Below are positions 1 through 7,078 of a DNA stretch of 64,000 nucleotides, piece by piece. A program made the translations under genes and the position numbers. The stretch spans positions 262,607 through 326,606 of the IMG/VR virus record IMGVR_UViG_3300029288_000054. One strand, given 5' to 3'. A model generated the notes under the pieces. That model did no database searches. It was not told where the DNA came from and saw only the letters and a program-made list of their open reading frames with translations. The stretch comes from a virus. Taxonomy: Duplodnaviria; Heunggongvirae; Uroviricota; Caudoviricetes. Within the stretch, counting starts at the first letter, position 1. Each line of letters opens with the position of its first letter.

Positions 1-233
1 ATAGGACCAGCATGGCCGCCGATAACTTTCACACCCTTGCGTTTAGCTCTATGGCAGAGCTCAAGAGCTTCAGGTGAGATGTCTGGGCCGTGAATATAAA
101 CAGCATCAAGCCCATCAAGCACAACTTCGTTATGTCTAAAAATAGTCAGATTATGCTTGGTATATCGCTGCTGCTCTTTATCGAGGAAATAATATGCCCA
201 GCCAAATTGATCAACAACTTTTGCAATCTTCAT
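1..233 (-). CDS. Partial CDS running off the window start; possible glycosyltransferase N-terminus
   Basis: Manual minus-strand translation from ATG at 233 is open to position 1: MKIAKVVDQFGWAYYFLDKEQQRYTKHNLTIFRHNEVVLDGLDAVYIHGPDISPEALELCHRAKRKGVKVIGGHAGP. Missed by the ORF track because it has no stop in the window. The GT-B-like N-terminus is a guess. Confidence 0.55.
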   Translation of the reverse strand, partial: MKIAKVVDQFGWAYYFLDKEQQRYTKHNLTIFRHNEVVLDGLDAVYIHGPDISPEALELCHRAKRKGVKVIGGHAGP

Positions 234-402
234 TACATTCTAGCAGCGACAGGCAATGATCTGATAATAATTCTGTTAGTTATTTACTGAAAGCGAATTT
301 TGCCAAGAAGTACTATAAATCATGTTCTTTATTTAGACCAGGACCCTTTTCCCGGCAGGGATAAATGAGAAAATCATACGCTTTTCAGTCAATACTCAGT
401 AA

Positions 403-617
403 CGTGAAAGTTGGAGTTCATGGAAGCTTTCATATCCCCGCACGGTCCAGGTCATAGGGTTCGATGTTGCCTGGTGTTTTTAGCAGCTTCTTACGCTCCT
501 GTTGCGGGTCCTGTTCCGGATATACCGGCCCCGCTTTTCCCGTCGCCACTCTGGCTGAACGCATTGCGATTTGTACTTTTGACGCTTCGCAACTCAACAC
601 TCGGCGCTACTTTCACG
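403..617 (-). ncRNA. Candidate structured non-coding RNA, family unknown
   Basis: Nested long-range pairings: CGTGAAAGT 403-411 with ACTTTCACG 609-617, GAGTT 414-418 with AACTC 591-595, GAAGC 423-427 with GCTTC 584-588, plus internal hairpins. Lies in a ~780-nt gap with no convincing ORF. Strand is tentative. Confidence 0.3.
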
Positions 618-698
618 AGAACCACGATAATTAGGTTCTACTACAGATAATTCTTGACAGAAACACGCATTCAGACACTCAATACGGAAGAAAGTCTA

Positions 699-731
699 TC
701 GCTCCCCGGCACTAAACGCACCGGGGAGCGA
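699..731. other. GC-rich 11-bp hairpin
   Basis: TCGCTCCCCGG (699-709) is the perfect reverse complement of CCGGGGAGCGA (721-731). Confidence 0.6.
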
Positions 732-834
732 CTGCGACAGATGTGTCAATGAGATGAAGTCAGAGTGGTCTAACCGGCTGATCGTAGAGGAAGACGTCTA
801 ACGCGGCTGCGACCCAAGTGGACGATTGAGAATG

Positions 835-914
835 TCTTTTGTGGTTCTTTTGTGGTTCTTTTATTCTTTTACGTCGAGTGAGTGGAGTTGTCTTTGTGGT
901 TCTTTTTGTCTTTT
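835..914. repeat. T-rich short direct repeats (TCTTTTGTGGT family)
   Basis: TCTTTTGTGGT occurs in tandem at 835-845 and 846-856, with degenerate copies to about 914. Confidence 0.6.
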
Positions 915-1013
915 ATATGAGAGTGTGTGACGTGGCGATCTAACCTATACAGGCTGCGATCATGTGTGTCGGTGTCTCAAATACGCCTATCTACTCATCA
1001 AGTTTTGCTTCGA

Positions 1014-1196
1014 TTAATCTTTAGGAGCAAAACCATTTTGGCAGCTTAAACTTGCTTTAGCACAAAGTATTTCCGGATCAGGTATCGGTAATGGATGATT
1101 AACCGCACACTTGACACAATATTGAGTATTTGGGAGAGCTTCCAACCGTTCAGCCGGAATTATTTCTCCACAGTCTTCGCAATGTTTAATAGCCAT
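1014..1196 (-). CDS. TraR/DksA-type C4 zinc-finger protein
   Basis: CEDCGEIIPAERLEALPNTQYCVKCA matches the CxxCGxxIPxxRLxAxPxxxxCxxC pattern. Start placed at the ATG at 1196. Confidence 0.85.
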   Translation of the reverse strand: MAIKHCEDCGEIIPAERLEALPNTQYCVKCAVNHPLPIPDPEILCAKASLSCQNGFAPKD

Positions 1197-1271
1197 ATTT
1201 CTATAATACCTTGACCGCAATTTCCTGTTATGCTCCAATTTGGACTATCACCTCGGATGTATTTAACTAGT

Positions 1272-1724
1272 ATGCTGATAAAATTCCAGAAGATATCACA
1301 CTGGGCGACGATTCCTTCCAGGTCGAATGATCACGCTGCTGGCTTTGATATCGCCTCCACTGTTGACCACACGCTTGAGCCAGGTGAATGTTTCGTTTTC
1401 AATACTGGCCTATCCGCCAGTATTGAAGAAGGCTATTGTGTCGTTTTGTTTGATCGTTCTGGGATGGGTGCGAAGAGAAATATCCACCGGCTCGCCGGTG
1501 TGATTGACAGCGATTACCGTGGGGAATGGTTGGTCTGTCTTGTGAATCTTAGTGAGGATTCACATGTTATACGCGCTGGCGACAATATAATCCAAGGATT
1601 AGTGCTGCCAGTACCTGAACTGTCCATCATTGAAGTAAAATCACTCGATGAGACTGAGCGTGGCAGCAAGGGTTTTGGTTCGTCTGATAAACCTAAGCAA
1701 TACACCCCGATCACCGGCAATTAA
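1272..1724 (+). CDS. dut: Trimeric dUTPase
   Basis: Motifs AGFDI, RSG, GVIDSDYRGE, IIQGL and RGSKGFGSS. Start likely MLIKF at 1272. Confidence 0.95.
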   Translation: MLIKFQKISHWATIPSRSNDHAAGFDIASTVDHTLEPGECFVFNTGLSASIEEGYCVVLFDRSGMGAKRNIHRLAGVIDSDYRGEWLVCLVNLSEDSHVIRAGDNIIQGLVLPVPELSIIEVKSLDETERGSKGFGSSDKPKQYTPITGN

Positions 1725-1764
1725 GCCAGTGTAGTTTCCTACCCTATTTAAAGGAGTTTCGACT

Positions 1765-2253
1765 ATGAAGAGGTTCGTAGGCATTATGTGTTTGCTGATT
1801 GTCTTCGCTTCAGCAGACACAGCATTTGCTCGCGGTGGGCGTGGCCGTGGGTTATTTCATCGGGGAGGCAGCCAAGGAGGACAAACCTCCGCCTCCCAAA
1901 ACGCACCGATTGATAAGGCACCTACCTATGAGGTAGAGCATCGCCTTCTCAAAGCCATCAATGCTGTTCGAGAGCGATACGGCTTGAGAGCGTTGATCTT
2001 AGATGCACAATTACACCGCACTGCTCGCCAGCATTGTGGATGGATGGCTAATGCTCGTAGTATGGTCCACTCGACTTTCCCTTGTGCTGAGAACATCGCC
2101 ATGGGACAATCCGACGTTGATGACGTTATGAATAGCTGGATGAACAGTAGCGGCCACCGGGCGAATATCTTGAATCCCAACTATACTAAGGTTGGGTTGT
2201 CAGGATATGCCTCTCCGAGTGGTAGTCCGTTCTGGTGCCAGCAGTTCAAATAG
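1765..2253 (+). CDS. CAP (SCP/PR-1) domain protein with signal peptide
   Basis: Hydrophobic N-terminus ending in AFA; INAVRERYGL, AENIAMGQ and WMNSSGHRANILNP motifs; AAGGAG RBS upstream. Confidence 0.9.
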   Translation: MKRFVGIMCLLIVFASADTAFARGGRGRGLFHRGGSQGGQTSASQNAPIDKAPTYEVEHRLLKAINAVRERYGLRALILDAQLHRTARQHCGWMANARSMVHSTFPCAENIAMGQSDVDDVMNSWMNSSGHRANILNPNYTKVGLSGYASPSGSPFWCQQFK

Positions 2254-2270
2254 TGGAAGGTACCGTAGCG

Positions 2271-2320
2271 ATCCGTGTACGACCCACGACAGCAGGCGTG
2301 GGCGTACACGGATTCTTCTT
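2271..2320 (+). terminator. Long hairpin, probable intrinsic terminator
   Basis: ATCCGTGTACG/CGTACACGGAT 11-bp stem plus inner CCCACG/CGTGGG, followed by TCTTCTT. Confidence 0.55.
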
Positions 2321-2334
2321 ACTTTGAGGATATT

Positions 2335-2634
2335 ATGTCAGAATCAGTCAGAATGGGTGTGGTAGTCAAGGATCGTGTTACCGGATTGCGTGGAATTATC
2401 ACCGGCAAGACGGAATATATCAACGGCTGTGTTCAATGGCTTGTGAAGCCACCGGTCGATAAGGACGGGAAGCTTGTTGATGGTTGTTGGATTGACACCA
2501 TCCAACTCGAAGTTGTCGGCCAAGGCATCGCAGAACCAGAAACAGACAACACCACAAAGGACCACACTATGCAAATTAATGGTCCTGGTGGTCCGAGTGC
2601 GGATGCTCCTTCGTCGTCTTATCGTCGAAGTTAA
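2335..2634 (+). CDS. Hypothetical phage protein (SH3-like beta fold?)
   Basis: VKDRVTGLRGIITGKTEYINGCVQWLVKP pattern typical of small phage proteins. ATG at 2335 follows GAGG. Confidence 0.65.
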   Translation: MSESVRMGVVVKDRVTGLRGIITGKTEYINGCVQWLVKPPVDKDGKLVDGCWIDTIQLEVVGQGIAEPETDNTTKDHTMQINGPGGPSADAPSSSYRRS

Positions 2635-2650
2635 TGAGCCGTGCTCGTCG

Positions 2651-2659
2651 TGCTATAAC
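2651..2659 (+). promoter_or_regulatory. Putative extended -10 promoter element
   Basis: TGCTATAAC (TGn-TATAAT-like) about 40 nt upstream of the 2698 start. Confidence 0.3.
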
Positions 2660-2697
2660 AGATCACATTTTCAGTTTCAAACTGTGGAGATAGCCAA

Positions 2698-3435
2698 ATG
2701 GCCAAGCTACATCAAATTATCGCGCTTGCTGATGGCAAGAAGGCGCGAGCAGTGTCGGGTTTAACCGAACTGCACAAACTCCATCAAAAGACCGCTCTTC
2801 TCGATGGTATCGCACGGACTTATCGGCCAATCAACGACGAGGGCGAGAAATTGCCTTCGGAAGCGAAGCTGGTGCAAATCCGCGTTTCGGAGTCGATCGA
2901 GCGGGCCAGAACTATTTTGACCGACGTTATCGATATCGTCGCTACTCAGGACGTTGCGAATACCACGGCCTTCGCCGACGTGATTGTCGACGGCAAAACT
3001 GTCGTCAGCCATGTCCCTGCAACTCACCTATTGTTCCTCGAAAAGCAACTCACCGACTTGCACACCTTCGTCGCGAAGTTCCCGACGCTCGACCCCGCTG
3101 AGAAGTGGGCACAGAACGGCGACAGTGGCGATTATGCGACCGAAGCATCCGAATCGATTCGGACCAAGAAGGTGCCGCGCAACAACGTGAAGTACGACGC
3201 CACCGACAAGCACCCGGCCCAAGTCGAAACCTGGATGGAAGACGTCCCGGTTGGATACTGGTCGACGATCAAGTACTCTGGCGGCATTCCCGACGCGGAC
3301 CGCCGTGCTATGCTCGCTCGCATCGTTAAGCTTCAAGAAGCTGTGCGAGTTGCGAGGGGCGAGGCAAATAGCGTCGAAGTGAAAGACGTTTCAGTGGCCA
3401 AGAATTTCCTTGGCTACGTTTTCGATACACCCTGA
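2698..3435 (+). CDS. Conserved helical/coiled-coil protein (recalled as DUF7873-like; distant DIP1984/DUF6847 resemblance)
   Basis: 245 aa, MAKLHQIIA start, TYRPINDEGEKLPSE, LLFLEKQL, KYDATDKHPAQV. Strong codon bias (many C/G third positions). Family name is from memory and unverified. Confidence 0.75.
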   Translation: MAKLHQIIALADGKKARAVSGLTELHKLHQKTALLDGIARTYRPINDEGEKLPSEAKLVQIRVSESIERARTILTDVIDIVATQDVANTTAFADVIVDGKTVVSHVPATHLLFLEKQLTDLHTFVAKFPTLDPAEKWAQNGDSGDYATEASESIRTKKVPRNNVKYDATDKHPAQVETWMEDVPVGYWSTIKYSGGIPDADRRAMLARIVKLQEAVRVARGEANSVEVKDVSVAKNFLGYVFDTP

Positions 3436-3459
3436 CCTGATTGGTCATGGGTTGCTAAA

Positions 3460-3825
3460 GTAGCGTAGTCTCAATCTCAGATTCAAGTTCATGAGCCGAA
3501 ACCCAAAGCCCAGGTTCGAGTCCTGGTCCCCGCACTTACGAAGAGAACACGCGGGGATAGCCCAGTGGCAGAGGCAAGTTTTAGCTCACCAAGGTTTAGA
3601 TTACCGCTACAAGTTCAGCATCGCACCGGAGGCCAAATCGAGTCCTCGACCAAAACCAACCACGTATGCCTGTGCAATTCAGGCCGACCGCTCTTGCGGG
3701 CAGAATACTAACCTGCGGTCGTCGTATAATCGCATTACGCGTGGGTATCAAACTCAAGGGTCGTGGTTAAACGGAAAAGTTGGCCTTTGTAATTCGGTGC
3801 ACAATTGTAGCAATACAATTACACA
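3460..3825 (+). ncRNA. Non-coding RNA with two circularly permuted tRNA-like modules (YrlA-like architecture)
   Basis: Module 1: T-arm CCAGG-TTCGAGT-CCTGG 3510-3526, acceptor strands TCCCCGC 3527-3533 / GCGGGGA 3551-3557, D-arm 3560-3575. Module 2: T-arm GCCTG-TGCAATT-CAGGC 3668-3684, acceptor strands CGACCGC 3685-3691 / GCGGTCG 3715-3721, D-arm 3724-3738. Outer stems GTAGCG-TAGTCT 3460-3471 / AGATTA-C-CGCTAC 3598-3610. GCAA-tetraloop hairpin 3803-3820. Confidence 0.75.
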
Positions 3826-3864
3826 GCCCCGGTGGATCGGAAACTTCCACTGGGGCACTTTTTT
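3826..3864 (+). terminator. Rho-independent terminator ending the ncRNA
   Basis: GCCCCGGTGGA / TCCACTGGGGC stem followed by ACTTTTTT. Confidence 0.8.
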
Positions 3865-3870
3865 AGATAT

Positions 3871-4242
3871 ATGTCAAAAGTTGAACGATATTTCCGTCTC
3901 GCGAAAACGGTAGCTGTGAAGGGCGATATCTCTGACGCCAAGCGCAAGTATCGGCTAGGTGCGGTAGGAGTCAGAAGCGATGGTACCGTGGTTACGGCCA
4001 ACAACGTGCCGTGCAGGCAGCCAAACGACAGAGCGTGTTCCCATGCCGAAGCAAGATTAGTCAGGAAGCTTAACCATGGCTCTGAGATATATGTTGTTAG
4101 GATACTGCGGAATAACGCTTTAAGCAACGCCTATCCGTGTATGAAATGCCAGAACGCAATGCGTCTCAGGGGGATACGTCGCATCTATTACTCGATCTCA
4201 GATAGTCAATATGGTGTGATTATCTTCACGCATCTACGTTAA
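3871..4242 (+). CDS. Small Zn-dependent cytidine/dCMP-deaminase-fold protein
   Basis: HAE...PCMKC zinc motifs, LGAV and IYYS elements. ATG at 3871 just after the terminator. Confidence 0.8.
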   Translation: MSKVERYFRLAKTVAVKGDISDAKRKYRLGAVGVRSDGTVVTANNVPCRQPNDRACSHAEARLVRKLNHGSEIYVVRILRNNALSNAYPCMKCQNAMRLRGIRRIYYSISDSQYGVIIFTHLR

Positions 4243-4784
4243 GGCTTTTGAATGGCCCAAGATGGCCAGTCTTTTGGGTATTCCTGAGTTAAAAACAGAG
4301 TGAGATTGTTGTCAGCAACGAATTTGTCGACGTCTGGTTTGACATTCGACCATTGCATATGTGTGTAGTCGTGTCCGCATAGCCAGCCGCCGTGTCTTAA
4401 TTTTACCCACCAAGCTGCAATATCTTCTGCGGCTTTTGTATGATCGGCGTCGATATAGACCTTATCTAATGTCTCATCCGCGAATCGCTGTGCAGCAATG
4501 GTCGAGAATTCCTTGATAATATGCACACGCTCGTCGCCAGCAAATCTCGACAATGTAAGCTGATAGTTCCTGTCATGATCAGCTTTCGCTGATGAATCTT
4601 TTTGCTGCCATATTGTCCCAGGTTGCTCTTGCCATGAATCGATGAGATAGAGCTTGCTTGGTTGATTGCCAGCTAATATTGTTAGTGAGAAATCACCACG
4701 CAGTACACCGACTTCGGCAAACACACCACCATGAGGTAGAGAATAAATCAAGCTTACTCTGTTCTTCAGATTAAGATTACTCAT
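4239..4784 (-). CDS. Class I SAM-dependent methyltransferase (Methyltransf_24-like)
   Basis: AEVGVLRG, LIDSW, VYIDADH and GGWLCGHDY motifs. Confidence 0.85.
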   Translation of the reverse strand: MSNLNLKNRVSLIYSLPHGGVFAEVGVLRGDFSLTILAGNQPSKLYLIDSWQEQPGTIWQQKDSSAKADHDRNYQLTLSRFAGDERVHIIKEFSTIAAQRFADETLDKVYIDADHTKAAEDIAAWWVKLRHGGWLCGHDYTHMQWSNVKPDVDKFVADNNLTLFLTQEYPKDWPSWAIQKP

Positions 4785-5094
4785 CTTCGGTTATATCGTC
4801 GTTCTGTTCGCCTTCTTCAACACCAACATGTCGAGTTGTATATTGGGAATCGCAATGACGGCATATGACAATATTTGGGTAGCTCTGCCAGCATCCTGTT
4901 TCACAAGGGTCGAGATCCATCTCGACGCGATCTTCGTCGGTTATTGCAGTTGTGATAGACCGTTGAAAGTTTTCACGACCGCAATTAGGACAATCCCACA
5001 TATAAGCGGGAGCTAATTCGACAATTTCCTTTGCTAAGCAGACTCCACAGGTTGGACATTTAGATGGTTTGCCGCCTGCTTTATGTTCTTCCAT
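4777..5094 (-). CDS. Hypothetical Zn-ribbon protein
   Basis: Three CxxC pairs (CPTC, CPNC, CRHC); overlaps the downstream gene start. Confidence 0.65.
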   Translation of the reverse strand: MEEHKAGGKPSKCPTCGVCLAKEIVELAPAYMWDCPNCGRENFQRSITTAITDEDRVEMDLDPCETGCWQSYPNIVICRHCDSQYTTRHVGVEEGEQNDDITEDE

Positions 5095-5141
5095 TATGAG
5101 TTCTTCTAGGGGTATAATAAATCGTTCGTGATTTATCTACC

Positions 5142-5690
5142 TCATTGACTATGGCTAGCAATGAACTCTTCGGACGGCATCCAACGCTTGTGCTCGACAG
5201 ATAAGACTTGCGGAAAAGCACGTATCAGAAAAGGATTATGGACGGCAGCGATAACCTGATGATTCGTTGCCTGTAGTTTCGCGGTGATTTTATTTATCGA
5301 TCGTATGCTTAGAGCCATATCTGGCTCATCGAGCACGAAACACTTTTTTGTGTCGGTTTCTTCATCCATGACGTCGAATAATGCGAGCACACAATTGCCA
5401 TGCGACTGATACCGCATATACACATCAGCCGCGAATTTGACATATCCCCTGGTCCTTGGGTTATCACGCTCGAAGTCGAATATACGTAACTCGACTAGAC
5501 CGTCACATTTCAGATCAGCTACCTTCCTTAGCTCCGTTTCCTGATTAGTTGCCCAGCGGAAAAGAGTGAGAATGGAGCTTTTACCTGTCCCTTGGTCACC
5601 TACCAGCAGGTTAACGCCGGGTTCGAATTCAAAGAAATCGCCCTCTTTGAAGCACCGCCAATCTGTCTTGAATCTGATTGATTTGATCAT
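5142..5690 (-). CDS. Small ABC-type/AAA ATPase
   Basis: Walker A GDQGTGKS, SHG signature-like segment, Walker B VLDEPD, H-loop AVHN. Confidence 0.8.
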   Translation of the reverse strand: MIKSIRFKTDWRCFKEGDFFEFEPGVNLLVGDQGTGKSSILTLFRWATNQETELRKVADLKCDGLVELRIFDFERDNPRTRGYVKFAADVYMRYQSHGNCVLALFDVMDEETDTKKCFVLDEPDMALSIRSINKITAKLQATNHQVIAAVHNPFLIRAFPQVLSVEHKRWMPSEEFIASHSQ

Positions 5691-5740
5691 AAGAGATAAT
5701 AGCACAGCTAGGTATTAGAATTAACCGGCGGTCTTTCTTA

Positions 5741-5749
5741 TGCTATAAT
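5741..5749 (+). promoter_or_regulatory. Putative extended -10 promoter (near-leaderless)
   Basis: TGCTATAAT located 7 nt upstream of the ATG at 5757, in a divergent intergenic gap. Confidence 0.4.
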
Positions 5750-5756
5750 TGAAAAT

Positions 5757-6083
5757 ATGAAGTTCTTTCAAGAAGTAGGAACGAGTGGAACCTGTGGCCT
5801 TTACGGTTGCAGCGATGGTGGGAATATATACTGTTTCGACACTACCGCCCGTCGCTTCTTGACGAATCTTACGCCTGATATGCTGTGTGAGGTCAGAAGG
5901 TATAGAGAAATTGCCACAGACGACGCCAAGAAAATATTAATCTCTGCAGCAGAACACTGGCTCCGTACCAAAGAAGAACACCATCAGCATCTAGCACAAC
6001 AGCGTGATGCCGAGCTAGCCAAGATATTTAAAGAGATAGTAGCAGCAAGAACAGTTCTCTACCAGATTAAGGACATATCGTAG
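5757..6083 (+). CDS. Hypothetical protein
   Basis: 108-aa ORF, first of a tightly packed plus-strand run. Confidence 0.6.
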   Translation: MKFFQEVGTSGTCGLYGCSDGGNIYCFDTTARRFLTNLTPDMLCEVRRYREIATDDAKKILISAAEHWLRTKEEHHQHLAQQRDAELAKIFKEIVAARTVLYQIKDIS

Positions 6084-6084
6084 C

Positions 6085-6390
6085 ATGGATACGTCATTAT
6101 GTGAGTTGCGCGATCAAATGCGTCTGAAAGCCGATGCATACCCTGATGACGATAAAATAGTGGAATTCGCGAGGATAACTGTGGTCGATGGCCAAAGGGT
6201 ATCGGTTATTTTAACCAAGACTGTTATCGGAGAACGTCAGTTTTACCAGTTTTCTGTAGGTAATGAAAGCGGAAATCCGCGCTTGATCGGTCAATCGGTA
6301 ATCAACAAGCTGAAAGCAATCTTCGTGCCGAAATGCGTTCCACTTCCCAGTGTGATCGGCAACTGCATACAATTCCTGGAGGAAATATGA
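6085..6390 (+). CDS. Hypothetical protein
   Basis: 101-aa ORF, abuts both neighbours. Confidence 0.6.
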   Translation: MDTSLCELRDQMRLKADAYPDDDKIVEFARITVVDGQRVSVILTKTVIGERQFYQFSVGNESGNPRLIGQSVINKLKAIFVPKCVPLPSVIGNCIQFLEEI

Positions 6391-6698
6391 GCTTAGGCGA
6401 AATAGTAGCAATCCATATAGCGTGTATCTGGGTCGGTCTGATAGCAATGCATGTCAGACTTGAAGTTTTGTCGCGAAGGGCGGACGTCGCAACGAAACGC
6501 ATGGATATCCTATCGCAACGGCTGGATTTAGCCAGCAGGATATGGACACCAGAAGTCGAGGAGTCGATTGCAAAGCTGGAAGAACCAGAGGCCGCGAAAC
6601 CTTCGTTTTGGCAAATCCATCCGGTTCTTACCATCGTTCTGCTCTGCATTATAGCACTACCATTTCTGCTTATGCTGATGGCTATGGCGGTTCTGTAA
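6387..6698 (+). CDS. Hypothetical membrane protein (two hydrophobic segments)
   Basis: ATGA overlap at 6387 with a GGAGG RBS; hydrophobic helices at the N- and C-termini. Confidence 0.65.
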   Translation: MSLGEIVAIHIACIWVGLIAMHVRLEVLSRRADVATKRMDILSQRLDLASRIWTPEVEESIAKLEEPEAAKPSFWQIHPVLTIVLLCIIALPFLLMLMAMAVL

Positions 6699-6728
6699 AA
6701 GATATACTGGCCATATTGTAGGTGTATC

Positions 6729-6983
6729 ATGGGAATGATGAGTCCATTAAACGACGACATTGACGAACTTTCTAGGATGATTTCTGAGGACGTCAATGAT
6801 TCGCCTCTCATAATGGTGCCAGGTTTCGGGCAGATGACAAAGCAGCAGGCTTTGAATTCGACCATCACTTATTTAAGGCAGATGGCTGAACAGCTAGAGC
6901 AAGGAACAGCAATTCCACTGCACTATTTCGATATGGCAAAAGACCATTACCAAGCATTTCTTGGCGAAACGGTCACTCCTTAA
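6729..6983 (+). CDS. Hypothetical protein
   Basis: 84-aa ORF between larger genes. Confidence 0.55.
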   Translation: MGMMSPLNDDIDELSRMISEDVNDSPLIMVPGFGQMTKQQALNSTITYLRQMAEQLEQGTAIPLHYFDMAKDHYQAFLGETVTP

Positions 6984-7078
6984 GCCATATTAGTCCTTCC
7001 TCACCAGTTCGGCTATGTAGATAGTCCGGACATTCTTGTCTTGTTGTATATAACTTATCCATGCCACTAGGATATAAT

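Noticed and set aside
90-290. 66-aa plus-strand ORF from the track
   Set aside because: It overlaps a more protein-like minus-strand frame (1-233) that the track missed.
3510-3744. Canonical tRNA genes or a permuted two-piece tmRNA
   Set aside because: The halves are in reversed order with no anticodon loop, so these are not ordinary tRNAs. There is no G3-U70 alanine determinant, a true D-stem is present and no tag reading frame is evident, which argues against tmRNA.
3491-3913. 140-aa ORF across the ncRNA region
   Set aside because: It runs through two tRNA-like folds and an intrinsic terminator, has no recognisable motifs and overlaps the deaminase start. The RNA structure explains the sequence better.
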